The notes below the pieces were generated by a model. That model ran no database searches. It saw nothing but the letters and a program-made list of their open reading frames with translations, and was not told the DNA's origin. A stretch of 20,143 bases of DNA from Promethearchaeota archaeon (lineage in GTDB: Archaea > Asgardarchaeota > Lokiarchaeia > Sigyniarchaeales > SOKP01): assembly GCA_048938005.1 (NCBI GenBank), contig JBHLMQ010000057.1, forward strand, positions 1 through 20,143, written 5' to 3'. Below, piece after piece: positions 9,597 through 18,196 of this stretch. Positions within the stretch are counted from its first letter, which is position 1; every line of letters begins with the position of its first letter. Both the position numbers and the translations under genes were made by a program.

Positions 9597-10271
9597 ATGA
9601 CCGATTTTTTTATTATTTCTACATTAACTCCGTGGGATCATCTTAAAACAGACGAATTAACGCAAATACGAGTTATGTCATTGAAAAACATCTTGAAAAC
9701 ATATCCAGTGATAGAACCTGCCTTTTTTGAAGACCTTAGTTCAAATTTAAATAATAACCATCATTATTCTTGGATTCAGAGCATAAAAAGAATAGTAGGT
9801 CCATCTAATAATGATTATGATATTCAAAATTGGAATTTCTTATGGGCTTTTGATGTTCAAAATAGAATGTTTCAATTTTTATTTCAGAAAGAAAATGAAC
9901 AAGGAATTTTAGCTGGTCTTGCACCACCGGAGTTAGCTAAATTATTTTCCGAGCACGGTAAAGGAGCCATATTAAGAACCCTTTCTTTATTAAATGATCC
10001 TTCAAAGATAAAATTTTTAATGATACTCGCCCCTAAAGGGAAATCCATTGCTCAAGAAAAACAACTCTTCCAATTAAGTAAACAGCAATATGATAGAATG
10101 AAATTTATCAATATGTTAAAAAAAAAACCCAATATTTCAGGGCAATGGTTTCCATCTTATGAACCAAGGTGTCCTATTTGTAATGAATTATTAATGGATT
10201 TATCTGGGCTAGACTATAGAGTTGGTTTAAAGCAATTAGTCTGTCCTCAATGTGGATACAAAAAAATATAG
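9597..10271 (+). CDS. Hypothetical protein with C-terminal zinc ribbon
   Basis: 224-aa ORF ending in CPIC-x20-CPQC. The N-terminal domain is not recognised. Confidence 0.75.
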   Translation: MTDFFIISTLTPWDHLKTDELTQIRVMSLKNILKTYPVIEPAFFEDLSSNLNNNHHYSWIQSIKRIVGPSNNDYDIQNWNFLWAFDVQNRMFQFLFQKENEQGILAGLAPPELAKLFSEHGKGAILRTLSLLNDPSKIKFLMILAPKGKSIAQEKQLFQLSKQQYDRMKFINMLKKKPNISGQWFPSYEPRCPICNELLMDLSGLDYRVGLKQLVCPQCGYKKI

Positions 10272-10372
10272 TGAATACAAAAAAAATATCCCTTAATTCA
10301 AAAATTTATTTAGAAGAAAACATTGATCATTCTTACCTTATATAAAGTTTTATTTATAAAGGTAATAGATAA

Positions 10373-11908
10373 ATGTATGTTGCTGCATTAGACTTAGGAA
10401 CAACAGGTTGCAGAACTTTTATTTTTGATTTAGTTGGCACCAAAATCGCAAGTGATTATCAAGAATGGCAAAGTTTCTACCCTTCTCCATCGTTTGTTGA
10501 GCAGGATGCGAAGATATGGTGGGATTCTATTAAAAAAACCATAGAACAAGCAATAAAAAAGAGTGGTGTTGATAAAACTGAGATTGTCAGTCTTTCTGTT
10601 ACAAATCAAAGAGAAACTATTGTACCTGTAGATAAAGATGGGAATCCCCTTCATAATGCATTAGTCTGGCAAGATAGAAGGACAATAAATCAGGTAGAAT
10701 TTATAAAAAATAAAATTGGGATTGATAAAATTTATGAAACTACTGGATTGACAATTGATCCCTATTTTTCTGCAACAAAAATTCTATGGTTTAAAGATGA
10801 AAAACCAGAGATATATCAAAAAACTCACAAATTTTTGCTAGTCTCAGATTTTATTATTCATAAATTAACAGGTAGATTCTGTACAGATTTTTCAAATGCT
10901 TCGCGAACAATGTTATTTGATATCAATAAATTGAAATATTCTGAAAATATTGCTTCTGAATTAGAGATTGATTTAGATAAGATGCCAGATGCAATACAGA
11001 GTGGCCTTGATATCGGAGAAATTATTACTGATGAAGTATTATTTGATAAAAAAACTTTAGTTATAACAGGCGCAGGAGATCAACAATCAGCTGCTTTAGG
11101 GGTTGGAGTAGTATCTCCTGGCGAAATAAAATGCACAACGGGTACGGGAAGTTTTATTCTTGCGTATTTATCACAACCAAATTTTGATCCTGAAAAAAGA
11201 GTTTTATGTAGTTGTCATGCAGTTCCAGGAGCATGGGTTCAAGAAGCAAGTATTTTTACAACAGGAGCAGTACTTAGGTGGTTTAGAGACCAAGTAGGAT
11301 ATGCAGAATGCGTAATAGCTCAAGAAGGTCAGGATCCTTATGATTTAATCACCGCTGAAGCAGAGAAATCTACTATTGGAGCAAATGGATTACTTCTTAT
11401 TCCCCATTTTGTTGGTGCTGGAGCACCACACTGGAATCCACACGCTAAAGGTATTATTTTTGGATTATCTTTAGGTCATGAACGCAAAGATATTTATAGG
11501 GCCGTGCTTGAGGGTGTTGCTTATGAATTAAGAAAAAATCTTGAAGTTTTTAAGGAATTAGGAATCGAGCCAAAAGAATTAATGTTAACTGGTGGAGGTT
11601 CTCGTTCTGATTTTTGGAATCAGATTTACGCTGATGTGTTAGGGATCACATGTGTTAGGAATGTAATAGAAGAATCGACATCATTAGGTGCTGCGATATT
11701 AGCAGCTTCAGGAGCTGGAATTTTTCCAGATATTGCAAAAGCAGCCGAAAATTTATGTAAAGTAGATAAAAAATGGGTTTCCAACGATAATCGGCATAAG
11801 TTATATGAAAATTTATATCATTTCTCATATAGTATGTATGAATTTATAAATAGTAAAAATTTATACAAAAAATTCGATGATCTAACACTACATAAAGATT
11901 TTGAATAA
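10373..11908 (+). CDS. FGGY-family carbohydrate kinase, glycerol-kinase-like (xylulokinase not excluded)
   Basis: DLGTTG, TNQRET, VWQDRRT, DPYFSATKI, TDFSNASRTML, GDQQSA, GTGSF and LTGGGSRS motifs. Confidence 0.9.
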   Translation: MYVAALDLGTTGCRTFIFDLVGTKIASDYQEWQSFYPSPSFVEQDAKIWWDSIKKTIEQAIKKSGVDKTEIVSLSVTNQRETIVPVDKDGNPLHNALVWQDRRTINQVEFIKNKIGIDKIYETTGLTIDPYFSATKILWFKDEKPEIYQKTHKFLLVSDFIIHKLTGRFCTDFSNASRTMLFDINKLKYSENIASELEIDLDKMPDAIQSGLDIGEIITDEVLFDKKTLVITGAGDQQSAALGVGVVSPGEIKCTTGTGSFILAYLSQPNFDPEKRVLCSCHAVPGAWVQEASIFTTGAVLRWFRDQVGYAECVIAQEGQDPYDLITAEAEKSTIGANGLLLIPHFVGAGAPHWNPHAKGIIFGLSLGHERKDIYRAVLEGVAYELRKNLEVFKELGIEPKELMLTGGGSRSDFWNQIYADVLGITCVRNVIEESTSLGAAILAASGAGIFPDIAKAAENLCKVDKKWVSNDNRHKLYENLYHFSYSMYEFINSKNLYKKFDDLTLHKDFE

Positions 11909-12086
11909 AATCAGAATTTTTCTCATAATAATCAATTTTATATACTTAAAATGTTATTTTTTCTATAATCAAAACTACTTCACATTATATGAAGTAATAT
12001 TTCTTTTATAATACATCAAGCAGCAGAGTAGAAAAAGTAAAAAGTGTGAATGTAGAAAAAATAATAAAATAAAAAATGTGAATAAA

Positions 12087-12695
12087 ATGGAATATGAATC
12101 TTCAAGTGTAGTTAAAGAATATAAAAAAAGTCAAAAAATAGTTGCTGCAATTTTTTATATTATAATTGTTATTGCCAGTTTAGTAACTTTAGCAGGTATT
12201 GTGTGGAGCCTTACTGACTGGTTTATTGGGCCTACAGGAAAGTTTGAATTGTTCCTAGGTTTAAATTTAGGATATCAGATTGCTATCGTTGGTGGACTTT
12301 TGGCAGGTCTATTTTTTGTATTGATTTTCTTTTTTGGGCTATTTAAAAAGTCTTCAAAATCTTTGATCAAATTCATTTATAAAAAGAGGGAACTTGAGGA
12401 AAAATATAAAAATCGTACTGATGTAAAAATTGCTGCTGGCGGCTTACTAATCAGTTTAATTGGTATTATTATCGGAGTTATCTTTGCACTTGTCTTAGAT
12501 TTTTTAACTGGTCCTTCAGCAGGCTCATTTTCTATTATGAATCTTTTAACAAGTACAGGACCTTGGGTATTATTTATTGGAATTGCCACTTTTTTATTTG
12601 TCGGTATCGCGCTTTTTATGATCTATTTTTGGAAGAATGGATATTATCTTATATTGAGATTAATAGGTGCAATAGAAAAAACTAAAACTAGTTAG
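12087..12695 (+). CDS. Uncharacterised 4-TM membrane protein with an internal two-fold repeat
   Basis: Four hydrophobic segments form two similar hairpins. ATG 12087 is preceded by GTGA; the track uses GTG 12078. Confidence 0.8.
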   Translation: MEYESSSVVKEYKKSQKIVAAIFYIIIVIASLVTLAGIVWSLTDWFIGPTGKFELFLGLNLGYQIAIVGGLLAGLFFVLIFFFGLFKKSSKSLIKFIYKKRELEEKYKNRTDVKIAAGGLLISLIGIIIGVIFALVLDFLTGPSAGSFSIMNLLTSTGPWVLFIGIATFLFVGIALFMIYFWKNGYYLILRLIGAIEKTKTS

Positions 12696-12869
12696 CTGTC
12701 ATTAAATACACTTTATATTTAAAAAAATGAAAACGGCTAAAAATAGTACCCTAAACTTTTTTTTCATTAAATTAGAAATTTTATGCTCTTATCTTTTTTT
12801 TATGTAAAAATATTCTCTACTAAATTCAAACCATTATTTTAATCGATCTAATTACGCCAATTTGATAAT

Positions 12870-14396
12870 ATGGCCATTAAAGTTGGAACCGTTTTTAATT
12901 ATTTGCAATTACCTAACGTATCTAAATTCCCCTTTGTTATAAATAAAAGACAAGATAATGTGTTTATACAAAAGGGATTATTTGTTTATACAAAATCAAA
13001 TGAGGGCTTTTTAATTGGTGTTATTGAAGAAATTGTCTTATTAAATGAATATTTTACTGATGCGCTCACAATTAAAGCTTATAATAATAACAATAATCCT
13101 AACATTTTAAAAGGACTTTTTCCAAGTGAGGATTTTGAATTTGCCATTGCATTAGTAAAATGTTTGGGATTAATAAAATTCAAGGATAAAGAAATGAAGG
13201 AAATTGAGAGGTTTCAACGAATGACCTACCCTGCTAGTCCTGGAAAGGGCGTCTATATCGTCGAGGAAAAAATTCTCAATAGATTTCTCGGATTTGATAC
13301 TAGATTTGGATTAAATATTGGTCAAGTCAAAGTAACAAATTCCAATGCGAAAATTAATATGAATAGGCTTTTGAATAAGCATTTTGCGATTCTATCCATC
13401 TCAGGAGGAGGAAAAAGTTATCTTACATCAATTCTTATCGAAGAACTATTATCTAGAAAGGCGGATTATGGTACACCAGCTATAATTTTATTTGATATTC
13501 ATGGAGAATATGTTTATTTAAAAGATATCCCTGAATTAAAAGATCAGATTAAAATTCAAGATATTTCTTATTTTCAAATTGGAATACCTAAATTATCAAT
13601 TTATTCTTTTAAGAAATATCAAGAACAAATTTCATATGTTCAAGTTAGAGAACTTTCAAAATACTTAAAAAAATTAAAAAGAGATAAAAATAAGAAATAT
13701 AAATTTAATATAAATGACATAATTGAACATATCGAAAACGAATCTGATGGAAATAAAAGTACAAAACAAGCTTTAATAGGTTGGTTATCTGAATTAGAAC
13801 GATTAACTCTTTTTAGCTATCAAGAAAATCCGTTATTAGAAAATGTAGTAAATGAACAAGAAATAACTATTTTTAACTTTCAAAAAGAAATAAGTATTAG
13901 GAAAAAACAAATTATTGTTGATTATATTTGTAATCGGTTATTTGATCTACGAAGAACAAATAAAATTCCTCCTTTTTTATTAATTGTAGAAGAAGCACAT
14001 CAATTATGTCCCGAAGCAGCCCATTCTAAAGCAATCTCAAAACCAATTATAGAAATGATTGCAAGAGAAGGTAGAAAATTTATGGCTTGTTTATGTTTAA
14101 TTAGCCAAAGACCAAAAAAATTAAGCACTACAGCACTCTCTCAATGTAATTCTAAATTAGTTTTAAATATAAAAAACCCATATGATTTAAAACATCTGAT
14201 GGACAGTTCAGAGGCAATAACCAAGGAATATGCTGATATGATTTCTAGTTTGGGTGTAGGAGAAATGTTATTAATGGGAAATGCTGTGAATTATCCTGTA
14301 TTTATTGACGTAAGAGAGAGAAAATATAAATCGAAAGTTGAAGAAACAACTCTAGCCCAATTTTGCTTAGATTGGCAAAAAAAAGAATTAAAATAA
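12870..14396 (+). CDS. herA: HerA/FtsK-superfamily ATPase (HerA-like DNA translocase)
   Basis: N-terminal HAS-barrel-like region, HFAILSISGGGKS (Walker A), FDIHGEY, LIVEEAH (Walker B), IAREGRKF (Arg finger) and LISQRP. Confidence 0.85.
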   Translation: MAIKVGTVFNYLQLPNVSKFPFVINKRQDNVFIQKGLFVYTKSNEGFLIGVIEEIVLLNEYFTDALTIKAYNNNNNPNILKGLFPSEDFEFAIALVKCLGLIKFKDKEMKEIERFQRMTYPASPGKGVYIVEEKILNRFLGFDTRFGLNIGQVKVTNSNAKINMNRLLNKHFAILSISGGGKSYLTSILIEELLSRKADYGTPAIILFDIHGEYVYLKDIPELKDQIKIQDISYFQIGIPKLSIYSFKKYQEQISYVQVRELSKYLKKLKRDKNKKYKFNINDIIEHIENESDGNKSTKQALIGWLSELERLTLFSYQENPLLENVVNEQEITIFNFQKEISIRKKQIIVDYICNRLFDLRRTNKIPPFLLIVEEAHQLCPEAAHSKAISKPIIEMIAREGRKFMACLCLISQRPKKLSTTALSQCNSKLVLNIKNPYDLKHLMDSSEAITKEYADMISSLGVGEMLLMGNAVNYPVFIDVRERKYKSKVEETTLAQFCLDWQKKELK

Positions 14397-14660
14397 ATCT
14401 GTAACTACTCCTTCTCTAATAGATGTACTATTTTTATTAAGAACTAGCATTTTTTTATTCTTTGAGACTCTAAAGACATTTATAATGTTCATACTTTCTA
14501 ATTTCATGAATATTTCTTCCAACATTAAAGAATTAACAAAAGGAAATTCCTTTTTTAATAGTTCTTCAAGTCTTTTATCTAAAATTTCTCCTTTATTTTT
14601 AATTAAAATATCGATTATAGAATTTATTATTGGTTTCTGATTCCAACGATGAGATTCGAT
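14388..14660 (-). CDS. Small (90 aa) winged-helix-like protein downstream of cdc48; non-ATG start
   Basis: Not in the ORF track. Open frame: IESHRWNQKPIINSIIDILIKNKGEILDKRLEELLKKEFPFVNSLMLEEIFMKLESMNIINVFRVSKNKKMLVLNKNSTSIREGVVTDLF*. It has a three-helix plus beta-hairpin pattern, fills the gap between herA and cdc48, and has AGGTGA at 14667-14672. Confidence 0.75.
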   Translation of the reverse strand: MESHRWNQKPIINSIIDILIKNKGEILDKRLEELLKKEFPFVNSLMLEEIFMKLESMNIINVFRVSKNKKMLVLNKNSTSIREGVVTDLF

Positions 14661-14700
14661 AATAATTCACCTAAAAAAAAAATTTAAGAAATAGAGGTTG

Positions 14701-14720
14701 ATTATATATAATATCTTTCA
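14701..14720 (-). promoter_or_regulatory. Candidate BRE/TATA promoter for the small wHTH gene
   Basis: The minus strand reads GAAAGATATTATATATAAT about 40-60 nt upstream of the proposed start. The AT-rich background limits certainty. Confidence 0.3.
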
Positions 14721-14740
14721 TATAATTAATTTTTCGAATT

Positions 14741-16984
14741 TCACACAAACAATCTATCGTCTTTGGATTCTTCTATTCTTCTGCTTTTCAACTTTTCACC
14801 AAATTTTTCATACCAACTAATTACTTCGTTAGTTAATGTAGGGTTAACAAGTTTTCTTGCTTCTCTAAAATGTTCAATGGATACCTTTCTCGCTCTAATA
14901 TTTTCTCTTAAAGCAATCATCGCAGCTTCGCGACACCACGTTTCAATGTCAGCCCCAGAAAAACCTTCTATCATATCATTTAAATCTTCCAATTTTATAT
15001 TATTGGTTAAGGGCATATCTTTTGTAAATATTTTTAAAATTTCAAGTCTTCCCTTTTCCTCTGGAGCTGGAACTAACAATATTCTATCGATTCTCCCTGG
15101 TCTTATTAAGGCGGGATCCAAGATATCAGGACGATTAGTAGCCGCAATTACTACAATATCTTTCATAACTTCTAAGCCATCTAACTCTGTTAAAAACTGA
15201 GATAAAACTTTTTCTGATACACCTGAATCTGAGGTATGTCTGCCTCTACTTGGTGCGATTGAATCAAACTCATCAAAAAAGATGATACAAGGAGATGCCA
15301 TTTTTGCTTTACGAAAGACTTCTCTTATCGCCTTCTCCGATTCTCCAACCCATTTTGACAAAAGTTCTGGACCTTTTATAGATATGAAGTTTGCTTTACT
15401 TTCTGTCGCCACAGCTCTTGCTAATAAAGTCTTACCACAACCAGGTGGCCCATAAAGCAGAATTCCCTTTGGGGGCGTTATTCCCATGCGATTAAATATT
15501 GCAGGGTGTGATAATGGCCATTCTACAGCCTCAACTAATTTTTGTTTTAAATCGTCCAGGCCACCAACCTGATCCCACGGAACATTCGGAACTTCTACAA
15601 ATACTTCTCTTATTCCAGAAGGTAATACTTCTTTTAATGCTTCTTCAAAATCTTCTTTAGTGACTTCAATTTGTTCTAATAATTCGGGATCAATCATTTC
15701 TGATTCTAAATCAATTTTTGGTAAATATCGCCGCAATGCAGACATAGCTGCTTCTCGAGAAACTGCCGAAATATCCGCTCCTACAAATCCATGGGTTATT
15801 TGTGAAAATTCTTTTAATGAGATTTTTTTATCAAGAGGCATATTTCGAGTATGTATTTGAAAAATTTCTCTCCTACCTTTTTCATTTGGAACTTTTATTT
15901 CAATTTCACGATCAAATCTTCCTGGGCGCCGCAATGCAGGATCTAGACTATTTGGTCTATTTGTAGCACCTATAACAATCACTTTACCTCTCCCATGCAA
16001 ACCATCCATTAAAGCTAGTAATTGAGCAACTACTCTACGTTCTACTTCTCCAGTAACAGTTTCTCTTTTAGGAGCAATTGCGTCAATTTCATCTATAAAA
16101 ATAATAGCGGGGCTCTTTTCTTCTGCCTCAATAAAGAGTTTTCTTAATTTTTTTTCAGATTCTCCATAAAATTTGCTCATGATCTCAGGGCCATTTATTG
16201 AAATGAAATGTGCTTCACTTTCATTTGCAACAGCTCTAGCTAATAATGTTTTTCCACAACCAGGTGGTCCTCTAAGCAAAACCCCTTTAGGTGGATCTAT
16301 CCCCAGACGTTTAAATAAAGACGGATGTCGCAGAGGTAATTCTACCATTTCTCTAACGCGTTGAATTTCTTTATCCAATCCACCAACATCTTCGTATGTA
16401 ATATAACTAAGCCCGCTTTCTGCCTCTTCAGTGATTTTATCACTTATATTAAGTATCGTATCTTGCTTTATCACGCAAACTCCATTAGGTCTCATATTTA
16501 TTACTTTGAATGTGATTTCTCTGCTAATACCAATAGAAATGAAGATGTAATCATCAATCGTTATTGGGTAATTATTTAATTTTCTTTTTACAAAACTTTC
16601 AAATCTAGGATTGTTTTTAATCGGAAAATTTGACGGAGCTAATACAACATTTTGAGCAACTTCAGCATTTACTTTTCGAATTTCAATAGTATCATCAATT
16701 CTAGTTCCGGTATTTTTTTGAAGTCTAGAATCTACCCGCACAATTCCTAACCCGTTATCTTGTGGATAACTTGGCCATGCAATTCCAGCACTCTCAGTCT
16801 TACCAACAACAGATATAACATCGCCAGTTTGAATTTTTAATTTTTCCATTGTTCTTGGATCAATTCTTATGATATTGCGCCCTATATCTCTTTTTTTAGC
16901 CTTTTGAACTCGTAAAGTTATACTAGGCGTATCATCATCTTCTTTATCATCTTTCTCTTTACTATTATTGCCTCTCGATGACAT
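14741..16984 (-). CDS. cdc48: Cdc48/VCP (VAT) AAA+ ATPase
   Basis: N-domain plus two AAA modules, each with GPPGCGKTLLA, a Walker B (IIFIDEID / IIFFDEFD) and an SRH (ATNRP..LDPAL.RPGR.DR). Confidence 0.97.
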   Translation of the reverse strand: MSSRGNNSKEKDDKEDDDTPSITLRVQKAKKRDIGRNIIRIDPRTMEKLKIQTGDVISVVGKTESAGIAWPSYPQDNGLGIVRVDSRLQKNTGTRIDDTIEIRKVNAEVAQNVVLAPSNFPIKNNPRFESFVKRKLNNYPITIDDYIFISIGISREITFKVINMRPNGVCVIKQDTILNISDKITEEAESGLSYITYEDVGGLDKEIQRVREMVELPLRHPSLFKRLGIDPPKGVLLRGPPGCGKTLLARAVANESEAHFISINGPEIMSKFYGESEKKLRKLFIEAEEKSPAIIFIDEIDAIAPKRETVTGEVERRVVAQLLALMDGLHGRGKVIVIGATNRPNSLDPALRRPGRFDREIEIKVPNEKGRREIFQIHTRNMPLDKKISLKEFSQITHGFVGADISAVSREAAMSALRRYLPKIDLESEMIDPELLEQIEVTKEDFEEALKEVLPSGIREVFVEVPNVPWDQVGGLDDLKQKLVEAVEWPLSHPAIFNRMGITPPKGILLYGPPGCGKTLLARAVATESKANFISIKGPELLSKWVGESEKAIREVFRKAKMASPCIIFFDEFDSIAPSRGRHTSDSGVSEKVLSQFLTELDGLEVMKDIVVIAATNRPDILDPALIRPGRIDRILLVPAPEEKGRLEILKIFTKDMPLTNNIKLEDLNDMIEGFSGADIETWCREAAMIALRENIRARKVSIEHFREARKLVNPTLTNEVISWYEKFGEKLKSRRIEESKDDRLFV

Positions 16985-17080
16985 GATATATCAAAATTGA
17001 CATAATTTTATTATTCTAATATAGTGAAATATTAATTTCGTAAAAATTTTTCCTTTTTTTTTTTTTTATAGATTTTAATT

Positions 17081-18130
17081 TTATTTAATAAAATCATCTA
17101 ATGAGATTTGAACTTTAGCATCATTTAATTTTCTCAGTCTATCCAAGGCATTCTCGACTCTTTGTTTGGAAAAATTGTGTTGCTCAATAAGTAAATCTTC
17201 TAATTTTTCAAAATCGATCTTCTTTGGTTTTGGAATTTTATAATCTTTCTTTACATCAGGATTAAGAAAAATATTTCTTATTTGATCTACTAATTCTATA
17301 TCTAAAAAAATCTCCTTTCCTCTTATCATAATGTTATTTTTTAATATATTCTCTATAGTATTATATTTTTTAACCAAATCTAATGCAGTTTTCTGACCAA
17401 TACCTCTAATTCCTGGAAAAAAATCAGTGCCAATCAATATTCCCATGTCAACCAGTTGTTCTCGATTGATTCCAAGATTATTTAAGAATTTAGATAATGA
17501 AACATATTCTATATCTAAGGTAACTGTTGTATCTCTCACTTTTTTACTTCGACTTATAGCAAAATTTCGAATCAATCGTTCCCCTCCAAACAGTAATGTG
17601 TCATAATCTTGAGAAGCACATGCCCAAGCATCACCAACTTCTACTAAATATGCAGTTTGAGCTTCTCCTTCGGAATTGGCTTGAATTATAGGTATTCCCA
17701 TGTACTCAATCAATTTTTTACTCTCTTCTATCATATTGGAATCAAGCTTAGAAGTTAATTGTGCGAATTTTTTTGCTTGCTGAAAATCTTCAGCATCTTG
17801 AGCTTTAATCATTTTCTCCCTTGCTTCCTCTTTAACTCTTTTTCTTTCTCTTATTGTATCTACTTTCAATTCCGAGGGAATACCATCAAAGACATAAATT
17901 GGTTTGATATTATGCTCCAAAAAATTTATTGTCCTATAGAAAAGTCCAGAAAGATGAGAAGTTATACTTCCTTGAAAATCTTTTAATGGAGTTCCATCTC
18001 TTTGGCGTATTATTGCTAAAAATTGATAAATTGTGTTAAATGCATCAATAGCAATACTTTTTTTAAAGAGATTTTCAAATGTGATGGTTCGCTTAACTTC
18101 ATTTACCAGTTCATTTATTAGAACGCCCAT
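17081..18130 (-). CDS. fen1: Flap endonuclease 1
   Basis: MGV start, IDAFNTIYQFL, TSHLSGLFYRT, VFDG, EGEAQ, SQDYDTLLFG, GTDFFPGIRGIG and a C-terminal PIP box QISLDDF. Confidence 0.97.
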   Translation of the reverse strand: MGVLINELVNEVKRTITFENLFKKSIAIDAFNTIYQFLAIIRQRDGTPLKDFQGSITSHLSGLFYRTINFLEHNIKPIYVFDGIPSELKVDTIRERKRVKEEAREKMIKAQDAEDFQQAKKFAQLTSKLDSNMIEESKKLIEYMGIPIIQANSEGEAQTAYLVEVGDAWACASQDYDTLLFGGERLIRNFAISRSKKVRDTTVTLDIEYVSLSKFLNNLGINREQLVDMGILIGTDFFPGIRGIGQKTALDLVKKYNTIENILKNNIMIRGKEIFLDIELVDQIRNIFLNPDVKKDYKIPKPKKIDFEKLEDLLIEQHNFSKQRVENALDRLRKLNDAKVQISLDDFIK

Positions 18131-18196
18131 ACTTAATTTATTCCCTATTTTCTACTTTTTCGATAATTATTTATAACACAATTTATATAATTTCCA

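Noticed and set aside
9403-12589. Short ORFs 9403-9600, 10430-10654 and 12377-12589
   Set aside because: They are antisense overlaps of longer, better-supported CDSs.
13395-13420. Apparently degenerate HerA Walker A (SISGGGKS)
   Set aside because: A small non-Gly residue at the first position is common in archaeal HerA, and GKS is intact.
12078-14396. Calling the membrane protein plus HerA a Ced-type DNA import system
   Set aside because: The ATPase has no TM anchor and looks like soluble HerA. No CedA1/A2-like small genes are present, and T-tracts separate the two genes. It is kept only as a weak hypothesis.
9549-14712. Identical palindrome ATTATATATAAT at 9549-9560 and 14701-14712 as a shared operator
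   Set aside because: It is a low-complexity TATA-like sequence in very AT-rich intergenic DNA and is adequately explained as TATA boxes or chance.
14763-17986. Plus-strand ORFs within cdc48 and fen1
   Set aside because: They are antisense shadows of highly conserved genes.
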